Of a stretch of 64,000 nt of DNA, positions 54,288 through 64,000 are shown one piece after another. The stretch covers positions 112,654,001 through 112,718,000 of the forward strand of contig OX597817.1 in assembly GCA_951406725.2 (NCBI GenBank), in the 5' to 3' direction. Position 1 is the stretch's first letter, and every line of letters begins with the position of its first letter. Below the pieces are notes generated by a model. It did not search any database and was not told the DNA's origin. It was given only the letters and a program-made list of their open reading frames with translations. The translations under genes and the position numbers were made by a program. The DNA comes from Octopus vulgaris (Eukaryota).

Positions 54288-55141
54288 TATAAGGGAATAT
54301 GAATTTTTTTACTGGCTACTGACAAAAGCACAGATATATCTGATTTGACTCAACTGGCAATTTTCATGCATAAAGTTGATAAATCATTCAATGACACCAA
54401 TGAAAGACAATGAAGGACACTGTTACATGATATAACGTTTATGAAGAAATGAAGAAAGCAACAACCAAGTTGAATCTTTCACTTGAAAGGCTGGTCATTG
54501 CAGCTGACACACTAACCACTAAGCCATGTGCCTCCACATATATAAATATCATCATCATCATCATCATCATCGTTTAGCGTCCGCTTTCCATGCTAGCATG
54601 GGTTGGACAGTTCAACTGGGGTCTAGGAAGCCAGAAGGCTGCACCAGGCCCAGTCTGATCTGGCAATGTTTCTACAGCTGGATGCCCTTCCTAACGCCAA
54701 GAGATATATATATTTTTTCCCCATGCAACACAAAACCTTGAATTGTATTCAGTATCAATTTACTTCTATGTACGAGTAAAAAGTATTTGAATGCAAAAAA
54801 TACTGGATTATTAACTCCACCATCTTATGCTCTAAAGCTGCAGCAAATGCTTTGTCATGTATTTTCACATTTCTATGTAGTTGCGCATGTGACTGTTTGA
54901 AATAGGTGGATCATTTGAAAATATTACCTCTGATACACAAAGGAAGATTTATCTCTTATCTATTTTATACATGTATAGCATTGATTTTCCAGAACCTTTG
55001 GTTTCAAGGCCTCTCCAGATTATTGATTTTTTTCAAACCATGGGGTAGTCACCTCTAAATTAAACAAATATTAAATTTACATAAATGATTAAATGAAATA
55101 CAGGTACCTGTACATTAGCATAAATGATACAAGTTTATTAG

Positions 55142-55362
55142 CCCTTTTGATTCCAACCCACCCAAAACTGCTATTGGTTCTATGATATAAATTCCCAGTT
55201 TTAAAGAGATCTAAATTAAAACCTCCCACCAGAATTTCATGTTAATTTATGTTCTGAACACCTGCTTAATAATGACAGTTATTTTATTAAATCCTTGATT
55301 ATTTTCAGAATTAATTGAAACAAAAGCAGTATATTTCAACAGAAATATGGTAGCAAAAGGGG
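55142..55362. mobile_element. Old piggyBac-type MITE copy
   Basis: Aligns to 2347-2569 and 38972-39192. Confidence 0.65.
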
Positions 55363-55960
55363 TTATACTGCACTGTGCAAGGAACTGTGAAACAGGGCTG
55401 CCCAGTAAACTAGTCTGGTGGCTGCTGGAATTTGAAGTTCTTGCTTGTAAATTGGTACAGATTTAAAAAGTTTACAGAGACCATCGGTGCCAGGAAACTT
55501 GGTTGTACCGAAAACCAAATATTAAATCTGGAAAGTCTCTTGTAACTTAGAAAACATTTAATTTTTATGGTATATTATTTATTTTTACATTATTTACTTT
55601 TGGATAATATAGCAAAAATTAGGCTTAAGATAAATTAAATTTGTGACCATGTTCAATTCAGTGGTTACACTCAGTTCACTTCACCACATCACCAGTGATC
55701 ATTAGCACACGCATTGAGACAACTCATCTCTCTTTCTCTCTCTCCCCTCACCCTGAGTCAATATTCAGCTGTAAATTTCAACTTGCTAGATATAACTGAT
55801 TATAAAAAGACAGCCATTGATACATTTATCACAGTTGCAGAAAATAGATTATTGATTGATTATAATTATTGGCATTTGACCTTATAATTTAATGTGAATG
55901 ATTAGAAATCTGACACAATTCAAATATAGTCACATTTCCAATTCTGTACACTTGTTTAAA

Positions 55961-56053
55961 TACATACATACATACATACATACATACATACATACATACA
56001 TACATACATACATACATACATACATACATACATACATACATACATACATACAT
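55961..56053. repeat. (TACA)n microsatellite
   Basis: Seen directly. Confidence 0.95.
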
Positions 56054-56099
56054 ACACACATACAGACAGACACATACAGACAGATACACACATGCGTAC

Positions 56100-57190
56100 A
56101 TGGGATCAGAGGCATGAAAAGTTCTGGGTTGCAAGACAGTGTGTTGGAGAAAGTCAAAATGTGGTTTGCGAATGGATAATGGTGCACTTACACTTGGTGA
56201 ATCTAAAATGAAAGAAGCATGGAAAAGCTACTGTGGAAGGCTATTAGATGTGGAGAATGCATGGCAAAAAGAGGGTCTTCCCAATGTGGACCCATCAGAA
56301 GGACTGGCTATCCTAGACAATAGCAGTATGATAGATAAAGTAGTTCAAGATATGAAGGCAGGAATGCTTAAAATATCTGGTGGAGTAGGATACAGGTTAA
56401 TCACCGATATACTTAATCAGGTTGAACAGGAAGGTGCCATAACCAATAACTGGCATAACAGCATTATAGTCAACTGTTACAAGGTAAAGGAGACAACTTA
56501 GATAGAAATAATTACAGCAATATCAAATTGCTCAACTAGGTTATGAAAGCTATAAAAAATGTTATAGCCCAATGAATTAGGAAAAGAATTAGGTTAGATG
56601 AGACACAAATTGGTTTTCTGCTGAGAAGTACTACTGATGCCCTCATTCTACAGAAGTATTTAGCTAAGAGTAAGCCATTGTACTCAGCATGTGTCTACCT
56701 GAAGAAAGCTTTTGACAGTGACCTTCACTCTGTGATCTGGTGGCCATTAAGGAAGCTCAGGACAGATTAATGGCTTGTGAGAGTCATAGAAGCAGTGTAC
56801 AGGAGAGCTTTCAGTAAGTGGGTTAGCAATAAGTAAAGCAAAAAGATTTAGTGTACAGGTTGAAGTTCACCAGAGCTTGGTTCTCAGACCTCTCCAATTC
56901 ATCATAGTCACCCAGACACTAACAGAAGAATTTAAGACTGGTTATCCTTGGTAATTACTATATGCTGATGAACTTGTTCTTATAGCAGAATCCATAATAT
57001 AATTAGAAAGAAATACCAGGTGTGGAAACAAAATCTGGAATCATAGGGCCTTAAAGACAAAAGTCCTAGTTAAATGGAAAACAAGGGCTCTACTCCTTTT
57101 AGCTAAATGGCCCTGCATAATACGTAGGAAAGGTGTATGAAGAAATTCCATACACTGTATTCAGTGAAAGCTATGGACACACAAGAACAT
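56100..57190 (+). mobile_element. RTE-clade LINE RT fragment, heavily decayed
   Basis: LKKAFD, VHQ..VL.PL.FII and LLYADELVL motifs across frameshifts. Confidence 0.75.
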
Positions 57191-57929
57191 TGATGACACC
57201 CAACACCCCACCAATTCCAATGAGCCATAAAATTCTCTCTTCTCAAGCACTATATATCTCCTCACACATTATGCTTGCTTCTCTTTCTCTCTCTTATCCT
57301 TCCCCTGTCTCCTGAATCATCCTTACTATTCTGTTCTGCTTTTTTCTGCATTGTCAGTCACCTATTCTCTGCTACTTACCCCAACTCATGCATCAATGGT
57401 AATACCCCACCTGCTATCCACCATTTATTATATCCTCCTTTCAATACTACTTAATCTTTACAATTGTCTCCAACCTCTCCTCCCCTCACTCATCTCATAC
57501 ATTAACAGTCCACCCACACACCTCATCACCAGTATTTTTGTCATTTATCAGCACTATCTGATCATTCCCAACTACTCACCTAAAATGTGAGTGGTCTAAC
57601 AGCCACTCTACAGCAAAAAACCTATTCTGCTCTGGTCCCTTCTCTCTTACTTTAATCCTTCAATTCCTCATCTCCTAGGTTAAAGTCATCCCACTTTGGG
57701 TGACTTTAAGATATATGGCAACCACATTAATGCTCAAGGCATGAAAATAAAAAAAGAACACTCAATACATGCTGTAAATTGGTTGGCATTAGGAAAGGCA
57801 ATCAGCCATAGGAATCATGACAAAACAGACAATGGAGCTCAATGCACACCCTGGAACCAGTGGATCCTGTCAAACTATCCAATGCATGCAAACATGGAAT
57901 ATGGACATTAAATTATGATGATGATGAAA

Positions 57930-58425
57930 GAGGCAATATTAACATTTGTTGCTGTGTATGGACCAGAAATCTGGCACCTCACAAAGACCCTGGCAAAGTG
58001 GATCGGCAGTTTCAACAGGAGAACCCTGAGGACCATTGAGAACATCAATTGGCACAATCACATTGCCAACGATGAGCTGCATGCATGCACACATCTGTCT
58101 GCAGCCTCCTGCCTCATAACCATCTGTTGCATGCACTGGTACAGACATGTCCTCCATCTCCTGCCAGATCATCTTATCAGGGCCTTACTCTCATTTGACA
58201 CAGCAGCTGCAGGCTGGAAGAGGCCCTGTGACAGGCCCCTCACCAGATGACTGGACATGATTAAAGGAGATCTCCAGAGGCTCAATGCCACTTTAGAGGA
58301 TATAGAAGAGCTGGCACAGGACCACCAGCAATGGGGTGGGAGCACTGATGGGCTTGTTTGGCTCTACACACAAAGACACCTCTGGGATTGCTAACCTGGG
58401 ATGATCCCAGCTCCATCAAGCAAAA
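57930..58425 (+). mobile_element. RTE-clade LINE 3' end
   Basis: YGPEIW.LTK...LRTIENINW...W..HVL...WKRP.DRP..R. Confidence 0.75.
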
Positions 58426-61254
58426 GCAGAGAGAGAGAGAGAGAGAGAAAGAAAGAGAGAGTATATAAAGTTACATATGAAATAAAACATGTATAACTAT
58501 ATATTTTTATGTGTATATGGTTATGCAAATATATATATATACATTTTATTAAATAAATATATACTTCAGTGTTTTATTGTAGAATTTATGTATATTGTAA
58601 AGTATGTATGTATATACATATGTATACACATCCATATGTGTGTGCATTTATGTGTGCATGTGTGTGTATATGTGTGAAGACAAGTATGTATCTATACTCA
58701 TTGTTATAATTTATGTGTCACAAATGAATTAATAAATGTATGTCTGTTTATATTCCCAGAAACTAGGTTTTCCCCAAGTATGCTAAGCAATGACAGTTTC
58801 AAAAACAAAAGGGGTGTAAAATAACTGAAATGATACCACATGTTTCAGAAATTGGATTTTGAGAAAAAAAATTTTCCAGTTTCTGGAATCAAAGAAGAAA
58901 AGGAGCTTTTTTTTTCTTTTCTTCCTTTTTTTTTTTTAATGTCTCTTTCTATCATAAGAACATTTCATTATCTGAAAAAATACAAACAATTATTTCATGT
59001 CTCATCCTGACAGAGTAAACTGCAAAAATATCAGAGTAAATGACAGAAATGGAAAGATATGATATTGAAAACACTTGTTGTTGTTGCCTTCATTGAAATA
59101 TTTACACATTTAATAATTTAATTGTTTTTACCCAAACATTTATTCATATTATTCAGACCCTTTTAATTAAGACATGTAAACTTGGTCACTCATCTCACTC
59201 AATCAGGATGTCTAGGCGAAGAGTACGTTGTTCCAAGTAAGACACTCAATTAGACTGAGTGATTGATTGATTGAGCAGTTGCTCATCTTGTTTAAAACAT
59301 ACTTCTTTTTTTAGATTAGAGAACTATATCTTTTTTCTCCTAAATCTTACCACTTAGATGTTATCTCCTTTTATAAACATGTGTGGTTCAACTATCATAA
59401 AGAAACAGCTAAAATGCTAATCAATGGAATTCAACCCAAACTGATACCCTTAAAATCTGAAGATTTAGTATGTTAAACATGTGAGTTACAGTTAACTATT
59501 TTTATAAGCATGGGTATGACTTTAAATTGCATCCAGTAGTGGGGCTCTGGTTCAGGAGTTCCAGTGTTTTGAGGAGTGTGAAACAACCTCTTAGCCACTA
59601 TTGTTCTCAGATCTACTCTGACTTTGAAATAGTAGTACCTGTCAAGAACCCAGCTATAGCTTCATTAGCATGTTATGAAAGAAACTCCAAGTACAAACAC
59701 TGACTGTCTTGTGAGTATCTTGGGAAAGGAAAAAGCTAGGGGAATCAACCTTGACAGCAAAACAAGGAGTTCCTCAGGCAGTCTGGTGCTCTCTTTGACA
59801 CCCTTCCAGCAACTCCAGCACAGGTGGAGCTCTCCAGCCCTGTAAAGACATTTTACTTAAGAGAAAGCCACTCAAATATAAAACCTACAGCTTGCTGGTC
59901 ACTGTAGCCATCTTAGACCACTGAGCCATTGTGGTCAGACTTCCAAGTCTAGAGAAGGATTGGCTTGCACAGATTGACTCTCACTTTAATACTAGGCACA
60001 GTAGAGAAGAGATGAAAACAATAGGTACTGGATAATACTGGAAGTTGTAGCATCAACTCCACATGTGGGCATCATTCTCTTCCTCATCTTCCTCAGACAT
60101 AAAGAACTACCAACATCATCATTATTCTATAAGCAACCTGTAAACCATAAATTTGCTCATGCAAAACTAACAGTGGAATACTTCATAACAATGAGCATCA
60201 TTACCAAAGATCCAGAAACTCAATCCAGTCCAAATCATTTACCAAGAAAGATGAAAGCATTATGCTAGCAGCAAAAACAAAGCTTTCAGCATTTGGAGCA
60301 CCCTAGCTATTGATGAGAAAGTATTGACCAGCATTTGGAGCACCCTAGCTATTGATGAGAAAGCCCTGACCTGCTATCCTTTTTCAAATGGTAGATGCAA
60401 CTCTCAACAAACAAGAAATAAATTCAACACAACAGTTAAAGCTTCATACAGTAGCACCGGACACTTGTGTGCCCATTAAAAAGTTAATTTCACCTGACAC
60501 AAACCAGACTCCCAAGTGAAATTAGCATGGCTGTGTGATTAAGGAGCTCACTTTGCAACCATATATTCAATGCAGCTGCATAGCACCTTGGACACGTATT
60601 TTCTACTATAACTGGTGCTCTGTCAGTTATACCAACAAGGGTTCCAGATGATCCAATCAACAGAACAGCCTGCTTGTGAAAATTAATGTAAAAGTGGTTG
60701 AGAACTCCACAGATATGCTTCCCCTTAAAGTAGGTTCAGCATGGCAGAGAATGTGACATGGCCGACCCTTTGAAACACAGGTACAAATCATTTTTGCCAG
60801 CTGAGTGGACTGGAGCAACATTGAATAAAGCTGCTGAGGATCAAATGCATGACCTTATGATCATGAGTTGAATGCTCCTAACAATTAAACCATGCACCTT
60901 CATGGGTGATAGATGTCTTATGAGTGAATTTGATAGATAAAAACAGTCAAAGCTTGTCAGGTAGGTTTGTGTTTGTCTCCCACCACTGCTTGACAACCAG
61001 TGCTGGCTTGTTTGCATTCCTGTAACTTAGTAGGTTGGCAAAAGAGACTGACAGAATAAGTGCCAGACTTAAAAATTTTAAATAAGTACTGTGGTTGATT
61101 TGATCACCTAAACCCATCAAGGTGGTATCCTAGCATGGACATAGTCCAGTAATTGAAACAAGGAAAAAAAATAAAAGACAATAAGATAAATTAGAATATC
61201 AACCACTGTAAATGGAGCAATTAGAGAAGTAAATACAAAACAAAAAAAAGTGTA

Positions 61255-63960
61255 TGCTTATGAATTTGAGTTGCAAGATTCCTGATGTGAAGTTGTGTGT
61301 TGAAACAGATATTGTTGTATTTCGGGATGGTAATTTTATTTTTTAATTTTTTTAATTTTTGGCAAATAAACACATGCACTATATATTCATTGTTCACTTG
61401 TTTATTACTCTTCTTATTCTAACTCATGTCCATGGTCTGAAAATCTTTTGTCACACATCTGTGACCTCCTCAGTGACACTTTCCGTCTTTGTATATGTTC
61501 TTGCTCTGCTTGTGTCATTTTGTTCTTCTATGATTGCGTGTGTGTGTCATTGTTCTAAGTAGCACTATGACCCTCCCCTCAACCCCGTTCTTTACCCCAT
61601 TGCCACTGCTACTGCCCTTAAACCCTACTTTTAGTAAGTCCTTGTAACTCACTGCTGCCATCATGGTAATTCTTGTTGTTGTTGCCATTGTTGCTGTAGT
61701 CATTATTAGTTGTATTGTTGATATTGTTGCAGCCCTCTGTGAGGTTACCGTACGTGTGTTTGTGTGTATATATAGGTTCGCTTCCTATGTTGTTTTGTAT
61801 CCATGCCCTATATACAGTTTTTTCATGTCTCTAATTTTTTTTCTTTAATATTTATCACAGGTATGTGCATATATGTCTACTGTATGTGTATTATGGTGTT
61901 TGTATCTTTTGTTTTCTCCCTTCAGTCTTTAGTCGTCATGTTGTGTGGTGGGTGTTATTGTTCCATTTTTTTTTACTGTTGAGGCTCGGTCTGTCGATTG
62001 CTATGTGTGTAGCCTCTGTGATCTAAGTGTTGTGACAGTTCTATGTGTTGATAATACTTTGACCTCTATGCTATTAACTGAGCCTCTATGTTCTGCTTGA
62101 GCATGTTGGTAGAGCACTGATGAGCCTTTCACTTCTTTGAGCTCTTGCCAGTGTTCACCTATACACTCTCCTATGCTGTGTGCTGTCTCTCCAATATAAG
62201 TGGCTGTCATGCTTCTGCACCATCCCTCAGTACATCGTAAGCTATACACTGTATTTCTAACCTTACAATTAACCTGTGGATTCATCCTACATACAATACA
62301 ATTGTTCTCCATACATGAGGACCTATCAAAGGAATAAGTTCTACAGATCAGGGATTTTATAGGGGCACCAGGCCTTTTTACTACTTTAATCCGTAGATTG
62401 GCTTTATCTAATGTTTTTCTAGAAAAGTATGCTAGAAAAGTATGCCAGGGGTAGCATAAATGAACATGACACTCTGGTATTTTTTGTTGTCATACCATGA
62501 GTTGGCCTTATCCATAATTTTTCTTCCCTTTTCTGTGTTGTTCCAGGATTTACTCCTGTATAGCAGGCAGATCCCCTTTGCATCACTCTCTATGATGGCT
62601 TTGTACTTAGCTCTGGTTCTTTTGTACACTCTAATCCTGTCCCTTTGGTTGTAGCCAGCGAACTGCATATGGTGGATGAATTGTTGTATACATCTTTCCA
62701 ATTCCATAGGGTTGCACATGTGAGACACATTCCTCATCATTCTCATCAAGTCTGCTATAAGAATATTAACACTGGTGTTGTCCACAATGGCTGTGTTCTT
62801 ATAGACAAGTATTTAGAGGACATGGGTTTGGCATAATGAGAGTGAAGGATCTGGACCTTATTGTTTTTGATTTCTAACCAGAGTTCCATGTCTAAAACTG
62901 GTAGCCTATAGTTGGGTCGCTTGTTAGAGTAGTTTATCGTTAGTTTCATACTCTGATAGATGGAGTTAGTTATTTGCTGGATGTTCTCCATAGTGTTAGC
63001 TTCTAGATCATCAACATTGTCTAGTAGGGGTGCTTTGGCTACTATGTTGCTTTCATCCACATAGTGGGAGTACATGGTTAGGGTTATGGAGTTCTCTGTA
63101 AATTTCTCTTTGAGTCTCCTATCCCACCATACCATAAATAGGTTAGCCACATCACCAGCGATACTGACACCGATGGCTGCATCTTCCTCTTGGGCATATA
63201 TCTTGTTATTAAACTTAAATATGTGGCCCTTGAGTGTGATCTTGGTACTCGCACCCACTGTATGTATGACCATCTTTCTCACCTGATCATTATTTTCGGG
63301 GGTCCATATAGTTTTCTGGTCCACCTGTTCTATCTCTCTCTAGGGGGTCTTCTTGGCCATAGAAGTTATAGTAGAGGGTCTATCTCTTACCAGTCTAGTG
63401 GGGCAGAAACAACTACGGTCATGTTTATCTAAGTAATCATTGTCATATGTCAGTCTCAGGAGGAAGCCCAGTTCTTCAGTATCAACACCACGAACTCCAC
63501 ATTGCTCTTGCTGATCACCTCCACGCATTTTTCCTCAGCAAAATCAACATCAATGGATGGGTATAAGAATACTAGGTCCATACTGCCTATTATGCATCTT
63601 GTCAGGTCATAGGCATGGTTGCAGTCATTGATTTTGCTGAGGAGTCCTCTGTGCTGGCACACACATCCAGGGACATTTTGATCAGAGGGCATATGATCAT
63701 GGAGAGGAAGTAGGAGATCTGGTAGTTGTTGGCAACATTGGCTCTGCAGACTGGTCTTGTTGGTGATCCTGTTACTGGGTCAGTGGTCACCTTATGGTCC
63801 TTGCAAAGCCCATACAGTGCCAGGATGTCGTTAGTAGTGGCATGGAAGTTATTGGTCATCTGCTTTTTTACCCATAGGATGTTTGGCCACATCATCATAT
63901 GAGCATTGAAGATCCCCTCTCTCTCCTCATACTCCTGTACCATTGTTACCCTCATATACC
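61255..63960 (-). mobile_element. Penelope-like element, Naiad-like, pseudogenised
   Basis: LYGLCKDHK, TRPVC, GSMDLVFLYPSID, ~100-aa insert, YAQ...AIGVSIAGDVANLFM, YVD, LPVLD; C-terminal CIVC...C...NTVYSLRC...YIGET...EH; hammerhead remnant at 61435-61480. Confidence 0.88.
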
Positions 63961-64000
63961 TGAGAAAACTAAATACTGAAGTGATGATTACATACAGAAT

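Noticed and set aside
60287-60370. 42-bp tandem duplication
   Set aside because: Simple local duplication inside what appears to be decayed LINE-like sequence; no further structure.
62001-62340. Selenocysteine recoding, as reported for some Naiad PLEs
   Set aside because: The conserved Cys positions of both GIY-YIG copies are ordinary Cys codons; the stops seen look like decay.

Overview
AT-rich animal genomic DNA, dense in microsatellites and transposons; the SINE families and repeat landscape suggest an octopus (inference). The only host coding sequence I can support is four 72-nt phase-2 exons on the minus strand (37450-37521, 16510-16581, 12072-12143, 9571-9642), all missed by the ORF track. 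They splice in frame into four consecutive leucine-rich repeats resembling the peroxidasin N-terminus, so most or all of the window is probably intron. The rest is mobile DNA: Penelope-like elements (PLEs; a near-intact RT+GIY-YIG copy and a Naiad-like copy), CR1-group, RTE and R4/Dong LINE pieces, a Gypsy relic, mariner/Tc1, Chapaev3, piggyBac- and hAT-type MITEs, and many SINEs. The most interesting non-coding structures are: a very young 559-nt-period, self-complementary, hammerhead-containing unit with identical 158-bp terminal repeats inserted in (TA)n (retrozyme/circular-RNA-like, 34364-35080); about a dozen minimal hammerhead motifs or remnants; three long fold-back inverted repeats with the PLE signature; and a SINE/LINE shared 3' stem-loop with a compensatory base pair. 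All calls were made by eye, and edges of decayed repeats are approximate.
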